DNA of 64,000 nt from Camelus dromedarius (GCF_036321535.1 NC_087465.1:2728001-2792000); one strand, 5' to 3'. Positions 33,012 to 46,660 are shown, counted from the stretch's first letter. Notes: generated by a model from the letters alone, not told the origin. Numbers and translations are program-made.

Positions 33012-35949
33012 TCCATGTGGGACGCAGGTTCTGGTTCCCCCTCAGCACTGGGAGGGGCCGCTCTGCAGCCTCAGGACGTGTGACGTGGGATTCGGATGCG
33101 AGGGACCGCACAGCTGCCTGGGGAACCCCTTGCAGGGAAACTATTTGAGCTCCGTTAACCCCAGGAGCCAGGGAGCCTCGAGGGAGGGTTCTGTCAAGCT
33201 GGCCCCACTGAACTGAGCAAAAGCTTCTACTTGTAAACTTCTCAGTAAACCCGCAGCCGCCTCATTTCATCTGGCACGTCTGAAGTCAACGGCAGAATAC
33301 TTTCTCAAGAATGTGCCGTGAAATCTTTCTTCCTCTTGGCCAATCAGAATGTATATATTTAAAATGTTTAACGTGGTATCTGAGTAAGAGCAGAGAGATT
33401 AAGTTCCTTGTCCACCAGCACCATAGCAATAGGTGTTTAGTTTCTGTTTATATGTACTTTATTTAGTCCCTTAGAATCATTTAGTAGCAACATAACACAA
33501 AAGCCAAACAGCCCACTTAGAGACCTGTCAACACGGTGAAGGCCCGGGAATGACCACAGGGAAGGATGCCTCAGTACAAGGAAACGCTAGAGGAGTCTGG
33601 TGGACGTGACTTGGTCGAGCCATACAGACACAGGTCACACGTGGTCATCTTATAAAGAAAAAGTTGTGGCTTTTCAGGTGGTTAACTGGCAGACTGTGTA
33701 AACTCTGGCCACTGGATTATTTTGTTCCAGGCTAACTTACTGGATCACAAAAGAATTTTAGTAATTATTGAACAGAAAAAAAGATAAACAAATATTGCTA
33801 GAACATTCTATGAATAAACTGCTTTCTGTGCATGGTCGGTGAATGCCATACTCCAGTTAATTGAATATCCTGAGAACATATGAATCGGCCCCGTGGCACT
33901 GTGCCTACCGTAACTGCGCTCAGACAATGAAAACACACTCAAACAGAGATGGCAATAATTTTTGTTTTTCTTTGAGAAGTTACTTCACATCTTTATGGTG
34001 TTTCAGGGACATGAACGTAAATACCACTTATCGCCACAAGGCACCGCAGCTACAGAGGGCATGTGGGGTTGGTGGTCCAATGAAAAAGGCCCCCTAGGTA
34101 CCCTGGGAAAAGACAAGGTCCTAATAGTGTTAAGTAATTTAAAATGAATCTTCCTCAATATCAGCAGCTTTTCTGTTACTCAAACGGTTCCGCAAACTCG
34201 GAGTTTCACGGTTTTTTTTGGTTAATTATGTTCATCTGTGAAACCGGTGACTGTGGTCTAACACTTCTATGCCCGTTAAGACAATGAAGATGGACTGATG
34301 GTTGCCTTTTATTAAACAATTGCATTATTCATGTCTGAAGCTACCTGACGTTTCAGAGAAGGCATCTTCGAAGACTACATTGAAATGATAACATTCGTCT
34401 CTGATAGATAAGCCAGTCTCTGAAATAAAAGAAAAGTTTTAGTAATATTAGGGCTGGTGAAGTTCACTATACATTTATAAGTGTCATCTAGGATTTCAGT
34501 ATTAGTTGATCAGAAAAGCATTTTCATAGCAGGTGCTACACAAATGGCACTTCCACACACAAGAGAAAGGCAATTTTTCAAAGGTCTTTGAAGGTCCCCA
34601 AGGGAGTTCTGTGCGAAGAACACAGGGCCAGGCACACATGGCCTGTTTCTACGGGTTTTGCCCAGAACGGGTGGCACGGGGGCTAGTCGGCCGGGCAGGA
34701 GCAGGAGGCTTTCCCGAGGCCCAGGGCCGACAGCGCGCAAGGTGTCTCGTGTAACGGGGCCTCTTTCCCTGAGGGCCGCACCCTGCTGTCTGCCCCTTAG
34801 TCTCACCACCCACACGAGGAAGGAAATCAAATCTCAAGAAAGAAAGAGGAAAACATCACCAGGAAAGTGCTGAGGTGACTGGCGCTAACAGAGGAGGAGG
34901 GGCCTGGGCCTGGGGGTGCTGGGGGGGGGGTGCCGGCCGAGGGGGTGCATGGCGGTGAACTTGCTCAGAGGCTGCCTGGTCCCACCCTGGTGTGGGGGGC
35001 GGGGGCACAGGGCCGACCGGTCCCCGTGCAAGTCCAGGCTGCGGCTCTGGCCCCGCTTTGCCCTGGGTGTTCCCTGATTTTCTTACAACTAATCTGAATA
35101 CTTGAATCCCTGTAGCTCAGGAAGCAGTCTGGCTTTTGCTTCTCCAGACAAATCTCAAAGGAGAAACTTCAAAATAGGCAATTATTTTGTCTCCGTACGT
35201 CTAAGTGCCTGTCTGACATGTTTTGTCAAACTTCCCTCTAGTCACAGAGCGCTCCATTGTGACTCATCAGTGAGGGTCTTCAGACACTCGAGGCTGCCTG
35301 CGCTCAGCTGAACGAGCAGACAACTTCCATTCTACTTTGGTGAAGGGCCAGGTTAACATGGGCATCAACATCTGAGCTCTTTATACAGCCTCGGATCCAA
35401 CTACCTTTCAGGGAGCTACAAAAGTCCGCCTTTTTACAGCTTAATTCAGAGCTTATCAAGGTCACGGGCATTTCACTTATTATCAGGAGGCTTCCTGAGG
35501 AAAAGCAGAGTAAAAATACAGGCATGCCATTTCCAGAACTCAGCTTTTTAACAGGTGGGATGGAGAGGAAGAATGTTTCTCCTGGTTTGAGGTGGTCATT
35601 TTCAGTGTAACGGTCTCTGAATGCAGCAAGCAGCGGGAAGCGGACCTCACTTCCCACTTTGTGGATTCAGAAAAAAAAAAAGTCACTCTGTGTGGGAGAA
35701 GAATCTATAAAGTCATGGATTTGACAATGTTTTACAAAGTTTCAGGGTCCTTTGAAGCATTTCTGTAAAAATATTTAGAAGTAATGTTTGTGGTTGGTGC
35801 GATCTGTTTGTGATCGCTTCATTAGATCAGGCATTGCCCAAATGTCCGAATTATTTATTTTACTGTCTGAGTATGTGTAACGGGGGTCGGGGAGTCGGGG
35901 AGAGATTTGTCTCCAGCCTAATGCTTGGCACACAGTCATGCTTCTCTGA

Positions 35950-36405
35950 TAATTTTGGCTGCACAAGACTGAATCATGAAAAATAGACATATATATGTTT
36001 CTTTCTTATTAAAAAAAAAAAAGTGAATCCACAGTCCAGGGCTGGGATGGTGGATCTATAATGCGAGATTGCAGATTCTTCCATCCACTCTGCTGTGACT
36101 GGCTGCCATTCCTAAGGTTACCTTGTGGTCCAAGGTGGCTGCTGGAGCTCCAGCCATTGAATAACATTCTAGAACAGCAAGGAGGAAGAAGGGGACAAAA
36201 AAGGGAACCCTTCCATATATAGGATTCTTCCTGAAAGAATTGTGCAACACTGCTGCCTCCAACTCAGTGGTTAGAACAGTGACCTGGCCATGGGTGGCTG
36301 TGACAGACACTGGGAAATGTGCTTGGCTTAAAAAAAGTCAGAGTCCTTTTATTAAAAAGAAAGGAAGAAGGGATTTTTAGATACAGCTAGCAATCCCTGC
36401 CATAC
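35950..36405 (-). mobile_element. Old MLT1 (J/K-like) LTR
   Basis: GGTCCAAGGTGGCTGCTGGAGCTCCAGCCAT diagnostic segment. Confidence 0.6.
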
Positions 36406-36814
36406 AGCTCAAAAAATACTTGTTGCCTTGAGTTAGATCAGTTGGCCAGAAATGGTGTCTATGAGAGTTTGTTAATTGATCTTCTGAAAAACCAGGAAGC
36501 TTCTAGATGTCACAGTGTAATAAGTGTGGGGCTTGGGAGAGAGAAGGCTGGGCCTGGACATGTCTCAGCTGACCTGACTGCTGTGGGCAAGGACATTCAC
36601 CTGGGGCTCTTCTGCCCTTCAGGAAGCTGGCGTGAGCATGAGTGGAGGGAGGCAGGTGCTGTCAGGCTTCGTAAGATGGAAATCGAGTGCTCAGTGGTGA
36701 ACGGGGATGTCTGAGAACCTCTCCAGTTTTTGCCACACATCACACCTGAGACGGGATCTGGGGAGGCCTCCAGGGCCCTCATGAATTCAGAACTTGGTGA
36801 CTTTGTACGTGGCT

Positions 36815-36990
36815 CCGTCACTTGGTTTCCGTGTTGCTGAGTCATTTAACAATGCTAAGCGTCAGTCTCCACATCTTTAAAATGAGGAAATGCCAGTCCC
36901 TTCTTTCCTGGGCTGGTGTATTAAGGAAAAAAATGAAAGTAAAGAGCTCTGCTCAGTGCCCAGCACATACTAAGTATTTAATAATATTAA
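36815..36990 (+). mobile_element. MIR remnant
   Basis: GAGTCATTTAAC...CAGTCTCCACATCTTTAAAATGAGG...CAGTGCCCAGCACATA. Confidence 0.6.
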
Positions 36991-37911
36991 TTGTAATTAT
37001 TAATAATGCAAGGAGCAGAACAAAAAAATCTTAAAAATTAGATGTAAAATCCAACGGCCCAAATGCCTTTCTTCCTGGGTTGCCTTGAAGGAGGGCAGGA
37101 CGGTCCAGCATTAACTCTCACAGAGTCTGGGCCTCGTTCTTCAGAAACCAGCTTAATCAGCATTTAGTTCTGTGTGTCTTTCCTCTCGTGTAGTTTGGAG
37201 TACGTGTCATACTGTTTTTAGCTATTTTCAAACAAATAAGCAAACACACAGAACAAGTCTTCTTGCAGGAACCTGAGGACCAAAAACGTGTTGACAAGGG
37301 AAACCGGCTTCATGGTCCAGATTGAAGAGTCGGCACGCGGTCATCATTTCTGGTTGCGGCAGGCCAGACTCTGCTTTTAAACAGAAAACAGAAAGAGTGC
37401 CGTCAGGCCCGACAGAAACCCACATGTGAGCAGGTTTGGCGGTGACTCCCCGCGGAGTCTGGAAGCAAGGGCTCCTCTGACTTGTGCTGCTGCAGACAGA
37501 GCCTGCCCAGCCCGGGGGCCTGTGTCACCGGAGCCCCCCGTGGTCTCCCGCCTCCCCCCGGCTGGGCTGTCCCTTCCCCGGGACTCCCCACCCTCACTCC
37601 GGCCTCCCCTGACCCACGGGCGAGTCCAGCTTCCCCAGGGCAGCCTCTGTGCTTCCACAGCAGCCACCGCACTTGTCGTGACCTGTTAGAGCCGACCTTC
37701 GCTGGGAGCCTCCAACTCCGGTCCCAGGGGCTGCGTCTTCCTGTCGACGGCTGTGCGCCGTGCCCAGGCTGCTGTCCCCTCTCAGGACCAGGGGCCAGGG
37801 CCAGGCGTGGATCAGGGCCTCTGCACAGCCCACGCCTACACGGAGCCCCAGGAGTGAGGATGCACGGCTGGTGCAGCTCGCTCCGCCTCCTTCAGATGAG
37901 GCACCAGCACC

Positions 37912-38348
37912 AGCTCGGTAGGCCTGCCAAACAAAGGCCCACGACCTGGGTGGTTCACAGGACAGAAGTTCTTCGTCTCATGACTCTGGGCACTAGAGGT
38001 CCAAGATCCTAGTGTCGGTGGGGCTGGTTCCTACTGAGGCTGCGAGGGAGAGGTCTGTTCCCTGCCTCTCTCCCAGCTTCTGGTGTTTGTGGCCATCTTT
38101 GGGGTCCTCTGGCTTGTAGAAGCATCACCTGATCTCTGCCTTCATCCTCACATAGTGTCCTCCCTGAGGGCCCGTCAGTGTCCAAACTTCCCCTTTTTAT
38201 AAGGTTGGCGGTCATATTGGGTTAAGGCCGCCCTGGTGACCTCATTTTAACGTGATCATCTGCCCAGATCCTGCTCCCAAGTAAGGCTCCATCCACAGGT
38301 ACCGGGGTCGGGACTCCACGTCTTCTGGGGGGACTGAGTTCGTCACAC
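37912..38348 (-). mobile_element. MLT1B/C-type solo LTR
   Basis: CTCTCTCCCAGCTTCTGGTG...GGCTTGTAGAAGCATCACC...CTCTGCCTTCATCCTCACAT...GACCTCATTTTAAC. Confidence 0.8.
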
Positions 38349-41300
38349 GTTGCCCTCTGTGCTGAAGGGTGGTGCCCCTTACCTAGCATTTTTAGGACAC
38401 GGAGGCTGTGTTACTTCCCCGGCTCTAGTCCTGTTTGTTGTCTTTTGTGAGCAGGAACCGTAAGGCAGAGGAAACGCTGAATTAAGAGGTGGGCTTGCTC
38501 GGTTAAGGGAACTTGTCTGCTAAGTATGGAAAATTCTCTCCATGTGGAGTTTTCAACTGACATCAGGCCCACGTGGCTGCATATCCACCAAAAAGGGCCG
38601 CTGCAGGAGTTCCTTTATTCTCACAGATCCATGGACAATTATTTAGAGAAGTGACTTTGTCAGCAATTTAATGAAAGTCACCCAGCCTTTGAAATTAGAA
38701 GCAATTCAAGCTTTGTCACCCATTAGCTCTGTGGTCCTTGGCAAGTCACTTTATTGTCTGGACATCAGCGCACCGTCCGGAAAGTTCCAGCGCTGCAGTA
38801 GGTAACCTCAAAGGACCCTTGTGGCTGGAACCTTCTCTGGATTGTGTGGTCCTTTTAGTGTTGAAAGCACAGAAGTTCTGTAAGGAACTGGGCTGTGCAA
38901 GTAGAAAAAGAAGTTAATCAAATACTTCCCTGTCTGTTATCAGCCGTGGATATGAGATGGTTCTCGCCTCAGCGCAGAGGGAAGCTGGGGAAAGCTACTC
39001 GAAGCTCGGACAGACTGGGCACCAATATTTTAATGCCTGTATTGTAGGTTCTCTGATTTTTTGTCTTTTCTTGCATCTCCTTTCTGCCTCCGTACAGGCA
39101 CTTATCAGGAACCTATGTCGTTTGCATCTGAATGACTTGAATATACTTTAGTTCACTTTGATTTAACACAGAGAAGCTCTACAGGTCTCAAGGACTGCCG
39201 GCTGCAGAAGCCTGGAGTCAGTGAGATGAAACCCCGTCTCGAGAATCTGAATCAAACTGCCTTGTGTGGAAGGGCTGTAAAGAAAGCGTAAGGTGGTTTG
39301 AACAGGGTGTTACGAGAGCAGTGCGCATTAAGCAAATTCTCTGGTTTTCAAGAACTTGAATCTTAATAAAAATTTTTTGATGTGCTACTTGAATTTTCAG
39401 TAGCAAATAAATGTGTGTACAGAGGAGCTTACTAAAACTTGAGAACCTTTAAAAAAAATGGCACAGCTCGTGGGACACATGCCCTCTGCTCAGGGCGCTG
39501 TCCCCGCTCAGCCCGGCGGTCACGCCCTGGTGGGTTTGCGGCGTTAGAGTCACAGGGGTCAGATGTGTCATTTCCATCCTCATGATAACCAAGTTTCCAA
39601 AGGGTTATTTCTGTCAGTATCTGATAACCTGTTCAAGAACCACATCCGAATTTTTCCTTGTACCAGGGAGACTTCAGGGTGTACACACTCAGTCTTGATA
39701 ATCTTGGCTTAAAACTCCCGCTAATAATAGCATTGTTACTATAAATAGAGATTTTCAGATGCCCTCTCCTTCTATTGTACTGCTTCTTACAGTGTTCAAT
39801 GTATCTTAACCCTTTTTCTTTATTTTGTCATAAAACCGTGACCCTTGGTTGCTGGGAGGATACACAATAGACCAGAAGTCGTAACCGTGTTTGGCTAAAT
39901 CAGTCGTCACCTTCTTTTTCCAAGAATGAGGCAGTGGCTCGAGGGAGGTGTAGACTCTGCTTTCCACTCAGCCTTTCCAAAGCAAACAGAAAAAAGTTGG
40001 AAACGTCTGCTGACCACGCTGGTCGGCTGTGGGGAACGGTTTTTTAAGGATGCGACCTTCGTTGTTGTGAAAGAGAGGGAGGCCAGACTGTCAGGGTTTT
40101 GTCGAATTTAAGCTTGAGACAGAAAGCAGCCACTTCCGGAGAAAGAGATGAATGGTCTTAGTTCTAGTTTAATGTTTGGGAGGCACAGAGATGTTGATGC
40201 GAAGGAAGCTAGGGAGAGAAGCTCTCAGTGCCGTAGCTTCTCCCTCAGATTGAAGGATGCTTTGATTTACATTTCAACAGTATGTGATTTCAGAACTTCG
40301 CTTTTTATATCCCACCCCCTCCCCTAAAAAAAAGGGGTCTCATTCAACATTGTCATGAGGCAAGGAGCAGAGTTGCAGCGATAAGCCAGTAGAGCCAGTC
40401 CTCAAAGTGTCCTGGGAAGTTCCCAGCCCGGGTGCCGCTTGCGTGCCCGAAGGAGGAAAGGTGCGACAGAACGTCAGACTCTCCCCCATCGCTGCTGGCG
40501 CTCAGCCTGCAGCAGCTGCTCGTGTGGGGGCTCCAGCAGCGGCCACGGAAGCGTGCGTTTCTGCTTCTCTTGCGTTGCTTGCTGATGCTGGGCCTCTTCT
40601 CAGGCTTTAAAGACAGTCTTCAAAGGATGTTACATGTCAGAAAAGTCACTGTCAGCCATGTTAGAAAAAAATGATGCCACGTGAGTGACAAGGAAGAGAT
40701 TCTCACCGAGAGATTCCCACTTGTATTTGGGACCAGAGTGTAATCGATCCTCTTTGTGGCAGACATGCCACAGTCCTGGTTATATCCGAAACGGCACGGA
40801 AAATGTTAGAAGTCTGGAAGTGAAAACACTGGAAAGTGATGTATTTCAGGGCAAGAGGTAATCTCTTTCCACTTTGCGTCTGGAAATTCATGGTTTTGCT
40901 TCCCGATCAGACTCCCCGAGGCGCTGGCCCACGGGGATGTGGCGGGGAGGCTGTCCTAGGTGTGGGCGGGGTTATCAGTAGCCCCACGTCCAACGTCATA
41001 GACCTTTGTGAAAAGCCTGGCTCGATTAAATAGACTGGAATGTGTTTTAGACGTCCGTGCAGTGCTCTTATTTCTAGTTGCTCTATTTACGATTCTACGA
41101 TTTAAAATTGGCAATAGAAACTTCTCTAAATAAGAGAAAGCTACCTGAGTAGATGGGAAAAAATTGTCTGTTTTTTGGTGTAAAAAAAGTCCATCATTTA
41201 TATGTGATTTCCGTGTGACGGGGAAAATGTCACTGTCACTGTGTTAACCGAAATATAAGTGCTAGAAGTAGTGAATCTGCATTCAAAGTTTATAGTCCAT

Positions 41301-41417
41301 GTGGTTTCCTTATGTGAAAAAATACTTTGTTGTTTATGCAACGCTGAGAACAGTGTATTGTTAAGTTCACATTCCCTTCTGACTGCATCAGTGTGTTACG
41401 GAGCCGTCACTGTGTTA

Positions 41418-41560
41418 TAAATTGCTGATTAATAGCAGTACGGCCGACGTGATGTCTTACTAGGCGCTATGCTACTTTTTATTTCATTTAATCTCAAAAT
41501 AATGCTCCCAGGCATGTACTGTGATGGGCTCCGCATACTGTAGATGAGGAAATGGGGGCT
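41418..41560 (-). mobile_element. MIR remnant
   Basis: TTTCATTTAATCTCAAAATAAT...TGTAGATGAGGAAAT. Confidence 0.5.
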
Positions 41561-43239
41561 TACCCTGTGTAATCCCCCCCGGGGGGCACAGCGGGAAGGG
41601 GCACAGGCGGGCTCAGGTGCAGGTGTGACGCTGTCAGGCCGCACGTCAGCAGTGTCTCTGCCAGCTCTACACGTGGCCCCTGGGCGGCCTCAGGCTTGGA
41701 CGGACCCCACTGATGAGGAGCTGGGGAGACATTTCCAGAAAGAAGATGGAAGTACTTTCTAACGACAGAGTGAGAAAGGGCTCAGGAATCACATAATTTC
41801 TTGAAGAATATTACTGGACACAGACCAGCTGACATTTTCCAAAGGCCATTCTGTACCTCTTTTACCTCTGGTTTTTGTTTTGGAAGTGAAATATTTTAAA
41901 ATCTCCAAAACAAGGGTCCTAGGATGACGCTGTGACTTTCAAATAAGAGTACCTCGTGCTGCGGCTTCGCAGAGCGAGCAGCCGTGTCCCTCGGTCCCGT
42001 CAATCAGAGGAAGGACTCTTGTTGGCTGAGCACAGGACACGGCGCTGCAGGCGGGGTACTTCCTTTAATTCCCCCCGCCCTGTGCGAGCTGCACAGTAGC
42101 CACTTTTCAGCTGGGGAAACAGTCTCAGGAGAGTTAAGTGCACCTATGTAAGCCCCAGGGCTGGGCTTCCAGCTCACGCCTGCCGTCTGCCCTTCTTAGG
42201 AGTAGGTCTGTTGTCCCTTGAAGAGTGAGGGAGGTGCGGTCACTTCTGCACGGAAGCGGGGTCTCACCAGCCTTCCAGCCCTGTCTCCGTGCTCCGACCC
42301 TGCGATTGGGTCTAGAGGCGACCTGGTTCCCATTCAGAATCTGCTGCAAGTCCCCAAAGCTGCGCTGTGTGTTGTTTCAAGAACCGCCAATCTAATCAGG
42401 GTAGCTTTTGTCTGGGAAACCGAGATCAGGGCCTCAAGGACCCAGATTCCCACTGTTATCTCAGCTGACACACGGCTGCAAACCGGTCACGATGTGCGGG
42501 CGGCGCCTTTGATGATTCTCCACGTTTCTCCTCAAATGAGGGAGAAAACTGAGCACGCTGGTGATGAGCCTAGTCAGCACTTTTGCCCATAAAGATGCAA
42601 AAAGCAGGCTCAGTTCTGATGGCCGGGCTGCAGGGAGGGATCGGTGACCTGCCTTCCTGCAGGACCCGCTTCTCCCCGGTCACTTTGGTTAATGAAGGCG
42701 GGGTGTCTGGATCCTACCCCTCTTTGTTAAGTCTGGGGTTATCGAGTCACCTGCAGAAATGAGTCCTAACATTCTGCATAGGGTCTGGGTCAGGGAGAAG
42801 TTCTGGGTCTGGTTCTTTAAAACACCTGGTCCCATGAGTCTTCTCAGCTTCTGATTCAAAGCCTTGGATGAGTCCAGGGTCCTGAAGCCGCCAGGTCAGC
42901 AGGCTGCATGTGGTTGCTGAGTTTCTGGCGCTGCTGCTTCTTGGTCCTGCTTGCTGCCGGTTAGGGAGGCAGGGCTCCTTTTGTTCTGGTCCATACCTCG
43001 GTGTCCCAGAGCCTCTGTGTCTGGGCTCCTCATCCCTGTGAGTTAAGTCCATGCCCCAGTCCCCTTCTCAAAATCAGCCCGCATCCGTGGGCCTGCAGTG
43101 CTCGCCTCCCTCTCTCCAGAGCCCTGAGAGGCAGCTCATCTCCCGGGAGGTGTGATGCTCTGCTCCGCCCTCATCCTCACATTCAGCCTGGCTCAGGAGA
43201 CACCTGTTTGGACTGGGAGAGCCACTCTCTGACAAAGGG

Positions 43240-43430
43240 GATGTAGTAATGGCACAAGGCAGCAGAAAAAGTAAGGGTTTGAGCCAGACGGACGTAACTG
43301 AGATGTTGGCTCCAATCTGCACTTACCTTGCCTCTGGACCCCAGACAAGGCTCCGTCTCCCCGGGCCTGCTGTGAGGTCAGAGCCGATGTATACGAAGCC
43401 CCTGGTGTAATATGCCTGCGTGTGTTAGCC
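43240..43430 (+). mobile_element. MIR remnant
   Basis: GGGTTTGAGCCAGAC...GCTGTGAGGTCAGA degenerate match. Confidence 0.4.
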
Positions 43431-43849
43431 ATTTCCTAACTGGTGGTGTCGACTGTGTTTTTCAGTGGACTGTCTAGACAGTGGGAAGCAAATATAACTT
43501 AGACATTCTTGAACCTCTGGGATGGTTCATATTGCTGGAGACAGAGACACAGGACTCGGGTTCTTCTGAACCAGCCCAGTGATCTCTAGAGAATGGCTAT
43601 CGTGGTTTTGATGCGGTTTCACCTTTCTTAGGTATTTTAAAGGTAGATCCAACAAGGAAGAGAAAATGCCCTGTAGCACTGTATCTGGACTGTGCAGCCA
43701 GGGACGGCCAAGGAAGCCTCTGGAACCTCCTGGAAGGTTGAGAATGTAGGCTAAATGGCTGGAACAGTTGACAGCTTGTGATGGCCCATTAGACAGCAGA
43801 ATGATTTCACAAACGAAGCGCCTCAAGTCAAGACTCTGGGGCTGGGTTT

Positions 43850-43938
43850 GGGGGTGGGAGTAACTCAGTGGTAGAGAGTGTGCTTATTATGCAAGAGGTC
43901 CTGGATTCAATCCTCAGCACTACCGTTAAAAAATAAAG
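43850..43938 (+). mobile_element. Short Vic-1-type SINE
   Basis: GTAACTCAGTGGTAGAGAGTGTGCTTATTATGCAAGAGGTCCTGGATTCAATCCTCAGCACTACC plus a short A tail. Lacks the CCTAATTAC tail motif. Confidence 0.75.
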
Positions 43939-44842
43939 AACTCTCAGGTCATCTAAAACGAGACTGGATGAGCATGCAGGGAAGTGAACGAGGTGGTGGA
44001 AGACTTTCCTGTTTCTGATTCCCGTGAGTCTATGGAAAGGCCTCTTTTTTGCATTTTCTAATAGACGTCTATTTTTTCTTTTAGGCTTCTCGGCACTTTT
44101 TTTTTTCTCTCTCTCAGACGTATTTATAGATTCTACTTATAAAGCTTAAAATTACAACAAAAATGCCATTTCATACGCTAAGTTTAGTCCCTTTTAAATC
44201 CTGTCTTGCAAATTTCTTCTCCTACCAAGCAAAGCTGTCCCCTCAGGTTGCCTTCTGTCCCCTGCTATTTTTGAATTACATCCACAGAAGACTTCATCCA
44301 CTGCTGATAAGGAATTTAACGCCATTGGCAGGTCAGCTTGTGATTTTAGCCTTGGACTACAGCTGCAAATTAGGGAGCATCTTTCAATTTAAGTGATTCC
44401 CTGGGATGCGGAGCCCATCCAAAGGCAGAAGCATACGTTGTGCTATAAGGATTAAAGAAGCAATTTTGCAGAAGCAGTGCTCCCACAGCGGACCACGCTT
44501 TCAGGACGGCTTGTCACGGAAGAGTGAGACTGGTGGTGAGCACAAGGAAGGGAGCTGGGAGTGAGAGCGCAAAAGCGAGGCTGAAGAGGCAATAGGAGAG
44601 ATCGAAGGGGACTGAAAGGGACCCAGAGGGAGTTAATCGTGGCACCAGCACCAAGGTCAGAGCCAGCTCAGCGCCCGGGCTGGTCTGCACCTGGTGAAGG
44701 TCAGAGCAGACAGCTGGGCTGGAGTTTAGGAAAGTCCTTGCAGTATTCAGTGGGAAGCGGGGGCCCCGGAACGTAATGGATGACAAGCTTTGGCAACAGA
44801 AAAGTCTTTGGACACTACACTGACATTTCAGTTTAGTCTGAA

Positions 44843-44967
44843 TTTTTTTGGGGGGAGGAGGGGAGGTAATTAGGTTTATTTATTTATTTTAATGGAGGGA
44901 CTGGGGATTGAACCTAAGACCTCATGCATGCTAAGCGCGCGCTCTACCGCTGAGCTATACCTTCCCC
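44843..44967 (-). mobile_element. Vic-1-type SINE
   Basis: Reverse complement GGGGAAGGTATAGCTCAGCGGTAGAGCGCGCGCTTAGCATGCATGAGGTCTTAGGTTCAATCCCCAGTCCCTCC plus AAACCTAATTACCTCCCC. Confidence 0.85.
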
Positions 44968-45744
44968 TTCCAAGCCTGAAGTTTTATACTTGACATTGTG
45001 GGTCAGAAGCTGGTGCCTGAAGCTGCAGGTGGAGGAAGGTGAGAGTATCGGGGGGAACGTCATTGAGTGAGATTTATAGGAAGAAAGACAGATGCTGATT
45101 TTACAGCATCTCCAGACATGGGTCTACCTTGATTTCAATATCCCTTGGTTTTCGGCCTTTATTTGGATACTAGATCTTCTCTCTGGAAGGAAAATGAAAG
45201 GGGATTAAACAAACACTGCTAGAATGTCTACGACTTAAAAAGCACTTGGCCCAGCACTTTACACATGCTACTCGTCGAACTGTTAAGCAGCCTCTGAGAT
45301 ACTTATTTTTATCTATATTTTGTAGAAGATATGGAGGCTCAGGTGGGTAAGTCACCCGAGTGCACAGGAGCAGTCAGTGGTGGCCTTTAGACTCACTGCT
45401 GGGCATACGTGATCCTGAAGTCCCCACTCTTTTCACCCCACATGCTGTTTCCTGCCGGTGCCCGGCGGTGCTAGCGAGGGGCTCCCACACGCAGCTGCTC
45501 TCAGTAACTTTGACGGGCTGCCAACTTCTGCCCTCCCTCCGTCTCTTTCTCTTTCTCCTACTAATCTCTTAAAATCCATTTTTCTCCCATTTTTTCTGAT
45601 GTTTTAAAATAGACTTTATTTTCTAGAGCAATATCACGTCCACAGTGTAAGAGAGCAGAAGGGACAGAGATTTCCCACGACTGCCCCAGCCCCTACCTAC
45701 AAGGCTCCAGCCTCTACTCCTGCTGTTCTAACGTCAGTCCTCTG

Positions 45745-46110
45745 CACAGTAACCAGAGCCATCTCTCCACGATGCAAATCAGACTTCCCCACCAGAACAA
45801 AACTGAACTCCTCACCACGGCCTGGTGCCCTGAGCAGCCTGGCCTCCTCCTCCTCTGATGGCACCTTTCTTTACTCACCACCTCGCTCAGATTTAACAGC
45901 TTCTCTGGCCTCATTTCTGCCTCAGGGCCTTTGCATATTCTGTCCTTTCTGTTTGGAATACATTTCTTCTATGTTTTGGGGTAGTTTTTTCTCTTTCCAG
46001 ATTTAGTTTCACCTTAAACATCCCCTTCTTAGAAGGGACTTTCCTGAGAAACTGACTGGCCTTCCTCGCTTTCTACCAAGTTACCCTACTTTATCTTTTT
46101 CAAATCACTT
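45745..46110 (+). mobile_element. L2 remnant
   Basis: CTGCCTCAGGGCCTTTGCATATTCTGTCC...TGGAAT, an L2 3' motif. Confidence 0.55.
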
Positions 46111-46159
46111 CTGCCCCCGAAATTATTTTATTTGCTAATTTTCTTTTTTTTGCTGCCTG

Positions 46160-46660
46160 TAGTTCCATCAGTTAGCTTTTACAGCATTTAAAAAAAAAAT
46201 CACCCTGAACTTAGTGGCTAAAACAAGCATTTATTGAGCTTATGAGTTGGGCAGGCCAGTGGGACTGGGCCCAGATGGGTGGTCTTCTGGGTTAGACTGG
46301 GCTTCCTTACGTGTCTGTACTCAGGTGGGTGGCTCTGTGCTGAGGGCCAGCTGGCCGTTGGCCGGGGTTACTGCGCCACCTGCACTAGGCTTCTCTCCTA
46401 GTCTTGCAGGCCAGCCCATGCTTACTCATATGCTGAGTAACAGGAGGTTCTTGGGAGAGCTGAGCGACCCGTTCTCTTGAGATTTGCTTTTGCTGCTGCC
46501 ATAATGTCCCTCGGCTTCATCCTGTTGGTCAAAGCAGCTCACATTCAAGGAGTGGGAAAACAGACGGCGCCTCTTGATGGGAGGAGCTACAGATGACACT
46601 GGGAAGGGGTGTGGAGGGAGGGAGGGAATAACTGTGCTCATTTTTGCAAGCAATCATAAC
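46160..46660 (-). mobile_element. MLT1 (F-I-like) LTR
   Basis: AACTTAGTGGCTAAAACAAGCATTTATT...CACATTCAAGGAGTGGGAAAACAGAC...CTCTTGATGGGAGGAGCT. Confidence 0.65.

Noticed and set aside
251-44967. Five tRNA-Ala-like sequences as tRNA genes
   Set aside because: Each diverges from tRNA-Ala and is followed by an A-rich SINE tail, and four share a non-tRNA tail motif. They are Vic-1-type SINEs.
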